IMG/VR virus record: IMGVR_UViG_3300023179_000017
Coordinates: 88,711-152,336 of that record
Reading direction: 5' to 3' (one strand)
Length of the DNA: 63,626 nucleotides
DNA from: a virus
Program-made: the position numbers and the translations under genes
Notes under the pieces: generated by a model
Told to the model about the DNA's origin: nothing
The model's database searches: none
What the model saw: only the letters and a program-made list of their open reading frames with translations
Shown: positions 10,533 through 19,906 of the stretch, in pieces
How the letters are laid out: each line of letters starts with the position of its first letter
How positions within the stretch are numbered: position 1 is the stretch's first letter

Positions 10533-10748
10533 ATGGACGAACAAGCAAAGGTAATTCCGTTTCCAACAAAAGAAGGCTTACTTTCTCCAGAACTGAGAAA
10601 GCGATTTGAACAATCAATTTCTGATAAAACAGAAAAGCCACAGGAAGTTGTGGCCATACTAGAAAAAGAAGCGTGCACCGCCATCATTGCATGGGAGCGC
10701 CGCGTTGCAAAAGAACTTGCAGAAAGATTGGTGAAGCTCTTTGTCTGA
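10533..10748 (+). CDS. hypothetical protein
   Basis: strong RBS AAGGAGG before ATG 10533. Confidence 0.55.
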   Translation: MDEQAKVIPFPTKEGLLSPELRKRFEQSISDKTEKPQEVVAILEKEACTAIIAWERRVAKELAERLVKLFV

Positions 10749-11067
10749 TTTAATAGGACCAGATGGGAAGCCGATTCCCAAGACGCTATGTGTTGAATAT
10801 GGCGGTAGGCTTTATCCCTACCGCCTTGTTAACCCGGAGCAGCTTAACAATAAAGACCCTCGCATTGGTCTTTTGGGTGTGCTGATTCAAATGGGTGACC
10901 AAACACAACTCACTTGGTTATCGCTTCTTGCACTTGCAAAAGATATCTATTCTCGAAACCCGAAAGGCACCAGAGAGTTTCAAAAACTGGCTGAATCGGT
11001 CGGTTTAGTTATAATAGACGGGGAGCGCCATGAGCTTGATGTTGCTCAGGAGCTGGGTAAAATATAA
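10741..11067 (+). CDS. hypothetical protein
   Basis: coupled ORF with TTG start. Confidence 0.5.
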   Translation: MSDLIGPDGKPIPKTLCVEYGGRLYPYRLVNPEQLNNKDPRIGLLGVLIQMGDQTQLTWLSLLALAKDIYSRNPKGTREFQKLAESVGLVIIDGERHELDVAQELGKI

Positions 11068-11147
11068 GATAAAATGTTGGCTCGCTCTTCGGTGTCGGGC
11101 TATACTCTTTTAAAGACGTCTAACTAATCCGCTGAAAAGGAAACGCT

Positions 11148-12059
11148 ATGTTTTTCGATTCGAGCGATCTTGTCGAGTCTAAGTACTCGATGGATCATTA
11201 TCGTGAGTGGGCCGGAGAGATTGCAAATTCGTACTTCAATGCGAATGCGCTTCCTACCGTTACATTAACTAAAATTGCACAAGTAGAAGAGCTCACACCC
11301 CACCAAATTCAACTTCTTGCCGCTGAAGCTAATAAACTTATTCATCACCATAAATATGGTTCAGCAGAAGAAAAGTATTTTGCAGCCGAGTTTCCTTTAG
11401 CTGATGCCAAAGCTGCTATTCAGTCCCTGCAATTAGATGGTGGGGAAGTAAAAGTAGCAAGCGAGTTTGTGGCACCAAAACTTTCGGACCAAGGCCCGGA
11501 TGCCTATGAAATGTTTGGCATTAAGCCAGAAACCATGGACAAGACTGCGGAAGTAAAACACCGCCTAAAATACGCTGAAGAAAAGTCAGCGCTTCTTAAT
11601 CAAAAACTAGAAGACCAGATTTTCATTACAAAAACCGCCATGGAAGACGCGTCTAGAGAATTTATTAAACAAGCCAGACAACACCTATTAGATGAGGGCA
11701 GCTCCCCTTCTAGAATGAAGGTGCTTGGCCTGTTTGACCACTTTGTAAAGGTAGCGCAAGTTCCAGCCGGAAAACGACTTCTTGCCAAGCTTGCTTACGT
11801 CCTTATGAAGGAAGGTAAGCTTGAACCCAAGCCAGCGCAAAAAGCCATTGATTACTTTACTAAAGAAGGTGATCAGAAGGCCCCCGCTGAAATGATAAGC
11901 GAAAACTTGCCTGCCCAAATCGTTAATGGCCAACACCCTTTGTATGTCACTTTACAGACTGTTGGAAAACATGAAGCAAACCTTCTTCGTTACACACAAG
12001 AGGGCGCGCTCGTTAAGGACAAGGCTCGAGTTCTCAAACAAAAAATTAGGTCTTTATAA
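11148..12059 (+). CDS. head morphogenesis/core protein with multiple K-x-A sites
   Basis: first gene of head operon; TKIA, VKVA, DKTA, EKSA, TKTA. Confidence 0.55.
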   Translation: MFFDSSDLVESKYSMDHYREWAGEIANSYFNANALPTVTLTKIAQVEELTPHQIQLLAAEANKLIHHHKYGSAEEKYFAAEFPLADAKAAIQSLQLDGGEVKVASEFVAPKLSDQGPDAYEMFGIKPETMDKTAEVKHRLKYAEEKSALLNQKLEDQIFITKTAMEDASREFIKQARQHLLDEGSSPSRMKVLGLFDHFVKVAQVPAGKRLLAKLAYVLMKEGKLEPKPAQKAIDYFTKEGDQKAPAEMISENLPAQIVNGQHPLYVTLQTVGKHEANLLRYTQEGALVKDKARVLKQKIRSL

Positions 12060-12060
12060 C

Positions 12061-12291
12061 ATGATGAAAATGTTTGAGCTTGCCTCTAAACGCCATTCCG
12101 AAATTATGAAGTGTGCGTTTGTAGGATCTGTGGTTGGAGCAGCGGGAGGGTATATTGCCAAACATCCCATCAAGTCTTTGTTAGGCGGACTAACGGTTTA
12201 TTCGACAGCCTCAGACATGGCGGCTGGTGCTAGAAGGCTTGCTAAGCCTGGGGTTCAGAGGGTTTTACCCGGAATGACCAGAACTTTTTAG
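12061..12291 (+). CDS. small virion-associated hydrophobic protein
   Basis: MKCA followed by Gly-rich hydrophobic segment. Confidence 0.45.
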   Translation: MMKMFELASKRHSEIMKCAFVGSVVGAAGGYIAKHPIKSLLGGLTVYSTASDMAAGARRLAKPGVQRVLPGMTRTF

Positions 12292-12295
12292 TGGA

Positions 12296-13441
12296 GTGCT
12301 TATGAAATATTCGTGGCTTGAAAAATTAGCTGAAGAAGGAAAAATCAGCCGAGGTTGTTTAAACGACATCTATAAGGATGTTGACCAGCTAATCAAGGAA
12401 GCAGTTTCTCCAGAGAGAGCGGCTAAATTACAAGAGTGGGGAAAATTAGTTGGCAATTTAACTCTTTATGCTGGTGTTACCGGCGTTGTTAATCACGTAT
12501 TAAAAGGCATCGATCAAAAGATGGAAGATTCTGACGTTGCAAAGACCATCCGACAAAACAAGTTGAATATTATGCAAATGCCAGAGTTTGCTAAAAACCC
12601 AGAGAAAACAGAAGCCAGATTTAATGAGATCGTTTCCGTAGCACCTCACGTAGCGGCAAATCAGAAGCTCATGGAAAATCTTCTAAGACACAAGATGCAC
12701 AGTGGACTTACGGATTCGGACGTTCAATCTCTTTCAATGATTCAAGCTCAATACATGAGACAGCCATACCGAACAGAAAGAGTTCAAAAAAAATTAGCTT
12801 CTATTAGACCAGAGGTGTTGGGAAGTATTTTAGCTGATGTTCATTTATTAAAAACGGCAGAGCTGATTAGACCGGCAGTTGGCGTTGGACAAAGAATTAA
12901 AAACTTCGCAAGCCGTGTCGGCCACCTTGTGTCAGCCCCACTTTTTATTGGTGCTGGAGCCGCAGCAACAAACTCTGTTTTAAAGAAGCTTGATGAAATA
13001 AAACTAGAAAAAAGCTTAGAAACTTCTTTTAGAAAAGCTATGGCACTTAGCAGTGCTGACAAAGAACCGTTGCATGAAAACCCAGAAAAAGCCAGACAAG
13101 CCTTCAGTGCATTAGCCCATTTTGCCCCGCATGTGGCGCTAGAGCCACAAGCAGCTAGAGCCTTCATGGTAAAAATCGTTTCCTATGATCAGGGTGTAAA
13201 CACGGGCGACATTAAAGACCTCAGCGAAATCCAAAAGAATCTGTCTGCTGTAGAACGAAGAAGCCCGCTTATTGAAGGTTTTGTTGCCGGCAGCAATTTT
13301 GTGGGAGCACCTGGAATTGCTCAAAATGCTTTCCAAGACGCCGGACAAAACTTTATGTTTGAGGGAAAAGACGAGTACCGAGACAAAGATAGTGGCAAAC
13401 TTTACTATAAAAACCCCGCTCCGAAAGGCGATAAGAAATAA
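12296..13441 (+). CDS. head-associated protein with internal duplication
   Basis: two similar units (NPEK...F......APHVA); K-x-A sites between them. Confidence 0.55.
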   Translation: MLMKYSWLEKLAEEGKISRGCLNDIYKDVDQLIKEAVSPERAAKLQEWGKLVGNLTLYAGVTGVVNHVLKGIDQKMEDSDVAKTIRQNKLNIMQMPEFAKNPEKTEARFNEIVSVAPHVAANQKLMENLLRHKMHSGLTDSDVQSLSMIQAQYMRQPYRTERVQKKLASIRPEVLGSILADVHLLKTAELIRPAVGVGQRIKNFASRVGHLVSAPLFIGAGAAATNSVLKKLDEIKLEKSLETSFRKAMALSSADKEPLHENPEKARQAFSALAHFAPHVALEPQAARAFMVKIVSYDQGVNTGDIKDLSEIQKNLSAVERRSPLIEGFVAGSNFVGAPGIAQNAFQDAGQNFMFEGKDEYRDKDSGKLYYKNPAPKGDKK

Positions 13442-16400
13442 ATGGATAAGCTTCTTTTATTTCGGGGAAAGTCCGAGAACGGCATTTTTACCTATGTCAT
13501 CGACTCGGAAAGACCGTTCTTAGAAAAGACGGCGGCGGAATACCACCCAACTATTGCGGCTTATATCAACTCAGCAAAAAAGATGCCCGGAAAAACCCAG
13601 ATCCTTCTGACAGCCTTGGGAGCCGGAGAGTGGTGGGGAAACAACGTCAACGGAGATTACTTTCCAGAAGCAGCCCTTGCTCATGAGGGGGATGACTACG
13701 GGTATAAAACCTTTGTCACGACCGCCAAGATATATAAGCACCACATAAACAAAGATCCAAAAGCCGCTTACGGGGATGTGGCTCTTTCTGTTTACAACCC
13801 CAAGTACCACCGGGTTGAGCTGATCGTAGTAATAGACAATGAAAAGGCACCCGACATCGCGTCTCGTATGGAGAGCGGAGATTATCCAGACTGGTCGATG
13901 GGGTGTCTGTTGTCTGGCAGCAAGATTCGGTTGGCAGACGGAAGAACCAAGCTTGTAGAGAATATTGCGGTTGGGGATTTTGTTCTAAACAAATTTGCAA
14001 AGCCAGGAAAAGTAACCGAGCTTCACCCAAGACCTTACGCTGGGGAGGTTTTCAGATTTCAGTTTGTAAATGGAGCTTCTTCTTGGATGACCCACGAGCA
14101 TCCGGTACTGGTTTATAAGAAAGATCAGATAAAAAACGGAGCCCGCATTAAAGAAGGCTCTGAGTTTGGCTTGCCGGAATACCTTGGGGCCGACTCCGTG
14201 GAGCTGGGAGATTACCTCTGCACCCCGTATGATCAAACCGTTTTGACACCAGAATACGCTACAAAAGATTTGGCTAGGGTGTTGGGGTGGTATCTTGCCG
14301 AGGGCCACGTTGTTAGAAATAAAGAAAAAGAGCCCAGCGGAATTCAGTTTTCGGTGCATCAGGACGGTTCTATTTTTTCAGAGATAGAGACTCTCTGCAA
14401 AGCCTTGAATAGTCGAAATACCCCAGTTATTTCCAACCACTCTTCGTCGCCTGTTGGAAAAATTGTTTCTGTTTATGATGACCGAATTGCCAAGCTTTGT
14501 TTACAACTAGCCGGAAGCTACTCTCACAATAAGGTTTTAGATGCTACCGTAATGCAGTGGGACCCAGAGATTCAAATGCAGCTGTTGGGGACCTATTTGG
14601 AAGGGGATGGCTGGCAAGAACAGAATCCGGAATCCAAACATTATGGAAGTTGTTATTGGAGTACTTGCAACGAGACGTTGGCCTATCAAATTTCTCAGTT
14701 GCTGTTGAGAAATGGGATCGTTTCTAGAGTAGGCATTAATAACCACCAAGACACTGGTTTTAACCATGTGGATACCAGAGAGTACGTGGTAGAAATCCGG
14801 TCTAATTTTGCAAATCAGTTTGTGGGCATCGCCCCTAAAGTAATTCAAACCCCAGAGAGGGAAAAAAACTCCCAAAAAAGAATCGTACACAACGGCCTTT
14901 TGCTTGTTCCGGTGCGATCCGTTGAGCGGTCTTATTTTGAAGGCGCTGTTTTTAATTTTGAAGTTGAGGGAGAGCACTCCTATGTGGCAGACGGTATTGT
15001 CACGCACAACTGTCGAGTACCTTTCGATGTGTGCTCTATTTGTGGTAACAAAGCGCCTACAAGACAGCAATATTGCGAGCACTTAAAGTACTACATGGGA
15101 AAGATACACCCCGACACAGGAAAAATGGCTTACGCCATCAACACCCGTCCAAAGTTTTTTGATATCAGCCAAGTTCTAATTGGCGCTGACAAGATTGCAA
15201 AGACCTTAAAAAAAGTAGCGCACGCTTCACTTCCTATTAAGCCAGTTAGTTCTGCGCTTCTTGCTGAAAAAATGGCAGTCAATAAAGCCGCAGCCATTAC
15301 TAAAGAAATACCTGCGTCTGAGCCCCCCGCTTCTCAAAAAGAATTGGGAGAGGGTATTGCTGCTGTAAAAGCCCAAGAGCCGGTTTTGCCGCGAGATGTT
15401 TTGGATTCCTTAGGTAAGCAGGATTTATCAAAGGTAATGTCCACACTATCTTTTATGGGCATTCTTCCAAAACCCCAAGAGTTTCAACGGGTCGTTTTAA
15501 TATCGATAGGGAAAAAACAACTGGCAGATGATCTTGATTCAAAAAACATGTGTTTTGATCCTATGATGACCCCAGATCCAAAACCGGTTCATGAAAAGAT
15601 TTTAAATATCAGCGGCGACTGTTTTTGCCCACACATCATGAAGATGATGATGCCGCACATGGAATCTCGAAGCTACGCGGCTCCCCACTTATCCAGACGG
15701 GTTATTATTTTAAGTAAGACAGCAAATAAAGAAGTTCTTCCCACCTTTATTAAATTTGCGGAAGACGGCGAACGAAAACCACTAGGTATTTTACCTTTAA
15801 TGGCTTTGATAGCTGGCCTTTATGCTGCAATTGGTAAAAAGTCGCCTACCGAAGTTGTTGGTACGGTAGACAGAGTAATTGAAAAACACCCTATGTTGGC
15901 CGTCGCTTTAGCTGCATCCGCCCCCACCATTTTTAATCACGTGGCCGGAACTAATGTAATGGGACAAGGGGCTAACTCAATTCCTGTCGCTAACCCAGAT
16001 ACCAACGACATGGCACAGCGCATTGAAGAGCAACGACAGCAACCGTTTCTAAAAGTAGGTTCTTTTTTTGGTCCTTTTTCTAGACGGGTATTCTTAGGAA
16101 TACCTGCGGTTTATATGGCTTCTGGAGTTTTGCAAAAACACAAGAATGCAAACCCCCACGATCAAGAATCCAGAATCAGAAAGTTTGTTCGACAATATCC
16201 AGACGTGGTTGGGATGGGTCTTGGAATTGATGCCCTTATGTCATTTAGAGGAAAAGGAACTAATCAGATATTTAGGGGAATCAAAAAAGGTTTAGATGCC
16301 GCATCAAAGCCTTTTGCAAAAACCGGAACTGATAAAACCGCTGGGCCGCAAGATTATATATCGGGCAGCGTCATTTGGCCGCTAGCTTACGGGCCAGCCG

Positions 16401-16519
16401 GATTGCCGGCAAGAATGATTGGTGGTTTTGCGGACCAAGTCATTTTGGATGGCGCCAAAAAGATTTTGTCAAACAAAAACAAGAGGAATAAACTTAATAC
16501 AAACAACGGGGAGAATTAA
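13442..16519 (+). CDS. prohead (capsid maturation) protease with intein and long C-terminal extension
   Basis: NGDYF, YKHH.NKD, SMG|C-RVPFDVCSICGN...CEH, FFDIS pattern; position upstream of scaffold and capsid genes. Confidence 0.75.
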   Translation: MDKLLLFRGKSENGIFTYVIDSERPFLEKTAAEYHPTIAAYINSAKKMPGKTQILLTALGAGEWWGNNVNGDYFPEAALAHEGDDYGYKTFVTTAKIYKHHINKDPKAAYGDVALSVYNPKYHRVELIVVIDNEKAPDIASRMESGDYPDWSMGCLLSGSKIRLADGRTKLVENIAVGDFVLNKFAKPGKVTELHPRPYAGEVFRFQFVNGASSWMTHEHPVLVYKKDQIKNGARIKEGSEFGLPEYLGADSVELGDYLCTPYDQTVLTPEYATKDLARVLGWYLAEGHVVRNKEKEPSGIQFSVHQDGSIFSEIETLCKALNSRNTPVISNHSSSPVGKIVSVYDDRIAKLCLQLAGSYSHNKVLDATVMQWDPEIQMQLLGTYLEGDGWQEQNPESKHYGSCYWSTCNETLAYQISQLLLRNGIVSRVGINNHQDTGFNHVDTREYVVEIRSNFANQFVGIAPKVIQTPEREKNSQKRIVHNGLLLVPVRSVERSYFEGAVFNFEVEGEHSYVADGIVTHNCRVPFDVCSICGNKAPTRQQYCEHLKYYMGKIHPDTGKMAYAINTRPKFFDISQVLIGADKIAKTLKKVAHASLPIKPVSSALLAEKMAVNKAAAITKEIPASEPPASQKELGEGIAAVKAQEPVLPRDVLDSLGKQDLSKVMSTLSFMGILPKPQEFQRVVLISIGKKQLADDLDSKNMCFDPMMTPDPKPVHEKILNISGDCFCPHIMKMMMPHMESRSYAAPHLSRRVIILSKTANKEVLPTFIKFAEDGERKPLGILPLMALIAGLYAAIGKKSPTEVVGTVDRVIEKHPMLAVALAASAPTIFNHVAGTNVMGQGANSIPVANPDTNDMAQRIEEQRQQPFLKVGSFFGPFSRRVFLGIPAVYMASGVLQKHKNANPHDQESRIRKFVRQYPDVVGMGLGIDALMSFRGKGTNQIFRGIKKGLDAASKPFAKTGTDKTAGPQDYISGSVIWPLAYGPAGLPARMIGGFADQVILDGAKKILSNKNKRNKLNTNNGEN
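13904..15010 (+). mobile_element. intein with LAGLIDADG homing endonuclease (369 aa)
   Basis: starts CLLSGS after SMG; block B THEHPV; GWYLAEG and GTYLEGDG blocks; ends VFNFEVEGEHSYVADGIVTHN followed by Cys. Confidence 0.93.
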
Positions 16520-16520
16520 A

Positions 16521-17141
16521 ATGCCTACATTACAAGATATACTTGAAAAGGATTTAGGACTAGGTTCTGAACAGCCACAAACAGAAAAAGTGGCTTCTCA
16601 GGACGTTGCTGAAAGCGACGACATAGAGAAATTGGCGATGGAAATTGGGCTCATCAATGAAGAAGATGTAACCAACTCCGCGTCACAGGAGCAAACAACC
16701 GAACTTAAAAAGGAGGCAAAAATGTCACTCGATAATCTGTACAGTGAACTGTTTCCTGGTGACGCAGACGTAGTCGGCGCCACTCAGGAAAAAGTTGCAA
16801 GCGAAGAAAACGAAATGGAAAAACAAGCTGCCGCTGTTGAAGAAGCAATTGGCGAATTAGCTTATGACCATTTTGAAAATTTAGTAGATGCCCATATTAC
16901 AAAAATGGCTTCTGCTATTTGGGAAGAAATGCAAAAAGAAGCTGGTGCTGATCAAGCTATGGCCAGCAACGAAGTTTCCGACGGACAGGGAGTTGATACA
17001 ACCCCAGAAGTTGAAGACTCTGTAAAAGAAACAAGCCCAGAAGGCGCTGTTGGTGAATACGAACAGAAAAAAGGACCTATGGGAGAATTGAAACAGGCTG
17101 CACTGAGAAAACAAATTCTCTTGTCGCAACTTGAAGGATAA
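16521..17141 (+). CDS. acidic scaffold-like protein
   Basis: RBS GGGGAG before ATG 16521; very acidic and helical; eight K-x-A sites; lies between protease and capsid genes. Confidence 0.6.
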   Translation: MPTLQDILEKDLGLGSEQPQTEKVASQDVAESDDIEKLAMEIGLINEEDVTNSASQEQTTELKKEAKMSLDNLYSELFPGDADVVGATQEKVASEENEMEKQAAAVEEAIGELAYDHFENLVDAHITKMASAIWEEMQKEAGADQAMASNEVSDGQGVDTTPEVEDSVKETSPEGAVGEYEQKKGPMGELKQAALRKQILLSQLEG

Positions 17142-17153
17142 GGGGGAATACAA

Positions 17154-17750
17154 ATGACATACGAACAATTAAGCGCAGAAGATCAGGCATTGTTAGATAC
17201 CCAATTTCCAGCAGAACTTGAAAAAGAAGCTGCTGCAGAATTGCAACAAGCTCAGGAGCTATACAGCATTGGTTTTGAAAAACTAGCTGTTGAAGCTGCT
17301 GATACCTTGGACAAATTGGCAGAAGAAAAAGAAGAAGAAGAAGAGAAAGAAGAAAAGCCAGAGCTTTCTGAAGAGCACAAGAAAGAAGCTGCTGCTAGAG
17401 CTTCTTTTATCGCCAGAGCTTATTGCGATGGTTTGATGAAGCTTGGACAGGAAAGACACGGAAACGAGCTTCATTATTTCATTCCCGCAATTGACGAAAA
17501 AATTGCTGGTTGGAAAGAATGGCCACGACAAGCTTGGGAATCTACTAAAGGTATGGCTTCCAAAGGCGTCGGCAAAGCTAAAGAGCTTGGCGGAAAGCTA
17601 AAAGATAAAACTAAAGGGCACGGCGAAAAAGCAAAAGAAATGGTTGAGAAACATCCTCACCGTTACGCTGCTGGTGCTTTTACTGGTGGTGCACTTGTTG
17701 GATCATACGCACACCACAAAATGACTAAGAAAAAAGATAAGAAGAAGTAG
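17154..17750 (+). CDS. scaffold/core protein
   Basis: acidic N-half with LYSIGFEKLA, basic C-half after EKIA. Confidence 0.55.
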   Translation: MTYEQLSAEDQALLDTQFPAELEKEAAAELQQAQELYSIGFEKLAVEAADTLDKLAEEKEEEEEKEEKPELSEEHKKEAAARASFIARAYCDGLMKLGQERHGNELHYFIPAIDEKIAGWKEWPRQAWESTKGMASKGVGKAKELGGKLKDKTKGHGEKAKEMVEKHPHRYAAGAFTGGALVGSYAHHKMTKKKDKKK

Positions 17751-17760
17751 TTCTATTTTT

Positions 17761-17791
17761 AAAGGGACGGGTTTAACGATCCGTCCCTTTT
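17761..17791 (+). terminator. intrinsic terminator
   Basis: AAAGGGACGG...CCGTCCCTTTT hairpin. Confidence 0.7.
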
Positions 17792-17814
17792 AAAAATACT
17801 CTCCGAGGTTACCT

Positions 17815-18156
17815 ATGACAAAAGAAGCAAAACAATCATTCTTGGGGTGTCTAAACAGCGCCGAAATCGATGCCTCTGGCAGATTGCAAGTTGAAAAAAG
17901 CGCTGGCGTTTTTGGGACTTCGATTTTGGGTGATACCGCGAAAAAAACTGTTGCTGGCGTGGCTAACCTTGGAAAAAGCCTTTCTAATAAATCTTCTGGT
18001 TGGGCCAATTCTAGCGGAGTTAAACGTGTTGTTGGCAACGCAGGTAAAACCGTAGGTGGCTTTGTACAACGAAACCCTGGGGAAACTTTAGCGGGTGCCG
18101 GACTGCTTGGTGCCTACCAGCTAGGAAAAAGAAGCGGGGAGAGCAAAAGACGATGA
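17815..18156 (+). CDS. small Gly-rich virion internal protein
   Basis: EKSA followed by Gly/Ala-rich region. Confidence 0.5.
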   Translation: MTKEAKQSFLGCLNSAEIDASGRLQVEKSAGVFGTSILGDTAKKTVAGVANLGKSLSNKSSGWANSSGVKRVVGNAGKTVGGFVQRNPGETLAGAGLLGAYQLGKRSGESKRR

Positions 18157-18617
18157 GAAACTTAGAACAACTTTTAGCTGATGCAGATGCTATTATTGAA
18201 AAAAGAGCTTCTGTAAATCAGCCAGAAACACAAAACACAGAAACCGATGAAGATATTGCTAAATTAGCAAACTATCTCTTGGCTGGCGAAGAAAAGACAA
18301 CCGAGTCACAAGAAGAAACGATTTTTGAAAAAGCCGCTCACGCAGTAGCTATTGTTGAAACGATTCAGAACATTGAACAGATTAAAAAGCTTGCTGAGTT
18401 TGAAAAGCGTGCTTTAGAAGCAGGGCACCCACAAGAAGAGGTGGATGCTTATATTGATAAACTAGCTTTAACGATACCCACTAAATATGTGGCCGGATTA
18501 ACAGCGTTGGGCGGGGCCGGGGCACTTGGCGCACACGCAGGTAAAAAACGCGGATATAACAAAGCCTTAAAAGACATCAATACTGCGCTTGAGGCTTATG
18601 AAAGTCAGCCCGAATGA
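18153..18617 (+). CDS. head core protein
   Basis: six K-x-A sites including EFEKRA. Confidence 0.5.
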   Translation: MRNLEQLLADADAIIEKRASVNQPETQNTETDEDIAKLANYLLAGEEKTTESQEETIFEKAAHAVAIVETIQNIEQIKKLAEFEKRALEAGHPQEEVDAYIDKLALTIPTKYVAGLTALGGAGALGAHAGKKRGYNKALKDINTALEAYESQPE

Positions 18618-19090
18618 CAGAGTTTTTTTTAAATGGGTTTATTAAACAGGCGGCTAAGTATAGCCCCACCCATTTAGATTTTAAATCTATGTCTAAGCGT
18701 CTACGAGCTGGATATAGAAAACAAACGGGCGGGGTGTCTGGATTAGGTGGGATGTTGATGATGTTGCCTGCAGAGCTTGCGGCTAAAGTGGTTGGCAAAA
18801 AAGCAAGGTTAGCTAGAGCCGTACGACGAGCTAATACGGCAGCGCTGGCGGCAGACACAGCTCTTGGAAAATATCCCCACAAATTTATGTCCAAGATGCC
18901 GTTTGGAAAAGAGTTGTTTGTTCAAAAAGATATGCTGCCGATGGGAAAGGGCATTCATAAAGAAGTGAAGCGCACTTCTGTTTTAGCACCAGCAAGTAAG
19001 TTAACGTCAGTCGCTTCTCCCGTTATTGTTGGAATAACGCTGGATAAGCAGATGAGAAAACTAAAAAGAAAACCTGAGCAAAATGGATAA
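18614..19090 (+). CDS. basic internal protein with N-terminal FFLNGFIKQA signal
   Basis: shared motif at N-terminus. Confidence 0.55.
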   Translation: MTEFFLNGFIKQAAKYSPTHLDFKSMSKRLRAGYRKQTGGVSGLGGMLMMLPAELAAKVVGKKARLARAVRRANTAALAADTALGKYPHKFMSKMPFGKELFVQKDMLPMGKGIHKEVKRTSVLAPASKLTSVASPVIVGITLDKQMRKLKRKPEQNG

Positions 19091-19400
19091 CCAGCTAAGA
19101 AAACTAGCCGCTGAGAAAATGCTTCAGCTTCATAAGACGAATAAGGAGCATGAAAAGCGGGCACACGCGCTTCGTTTGATTTACAAACAAGCGGAACTTG
19201 GCTTTGGCGAAGTCCCTCGCTCATATCGGGAGCTACAAGAAAAGGTAGCATCTCTCTTAAATCAAGACCTAAACGTAGTGGAAAAAGCCCTGGAACTGAC
19301 CGGTGGTAACATGAAGCTTGGAGAACTTGCACAGCAAGACTTCTCCGTTAGCGCAGATGCCACAGAGCAATTTCAGGCAGCCATAATTGGCGAACTGTAA
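19083..19400 (+). CDS. head protein (scaffold-like)
   Basis: helical, K-x-A sites, directly before decoration and capsid genes. Confidence 0.5.
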   Translation: MDNQLRKLAAEKMLQLHKTNKEHEKRAHALRLIYKQAELGFGEVPRSYRELQEKVASLLNQDLNVVEKALELTGGNMKLGELAQQDFSVSADATEQFQAAIIGEL

Positions 19401-19415
19401 CATAGGAGAAAAACA

Positions 19416-19895
19416 ATGACTGGTATTTCAGAAATCAGAACAGTTCCAGTCGGCGAAGACCTGACTAGCGAAAGCCTTGCGCTGTCTGTCGTGCGTGGGA
19501 TGGAAAGAGCCCACCGCGTAGACCACAAAGCCCATGCTGGTTTGAGCTTAGCCGCTGGGGAATGGGGAGTATTGGGTAACGATGGTACGGTATCACGTCC
19601 TGGCACTTCTTCCGTCGCTAACACTTATTTGTGCCTTGCAGGTACAGATCGTTTCGACGCAAAAGCAACTGGGAATGTAACTCTTGCAGTTAGCTCTCCT
19701 CTAGTTGTTAAGTCAAACAAGTATCATGTCGGCGGCTCGTACGCTGCTGGTACTTTGTTAACCGTAAAAGATCTCGGCGGCGGCGAAGCTAGTGTTTCAC
19801 CTGCTGCTGACGGCGATCATGTGGTGGCAATGGTGGTCAGTGTTGGATCAGGATACCTGGTCTATCAAGTGGTCCCCACACCATTTAAGAAATAA
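19416..19895 (+). CDS. head decoration / capsid cement protein
   Basis: 159-aa beta-rich Gly/Ala/Val protein immediately upstream of the capsid gene. Confidence 0.6.
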   Translation: MTGISEIRTVPVGEDLTSESLALSVVRGMERAHRVDHKAHAGLSLAAGEWGVLGNDGTVSRPGTSSVANTYLCLAGTDRFDAKATGNVTLAVSSPLVVKSNKYHVGGSYAAGTLLTVKDLGGGEASVSPAADGDHVVAMVVSVGSGYLVYQVVPTPFKK

Positions 19896-19906
19896 GGGAG
19901 GCGACC

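Noticed and set aside
13571-15082. Antisense ORFs overlapping the protease/intein and other long genes
   Set aside because: Shadow frames of strongly supported genes, with no RBS or recognisable motifs
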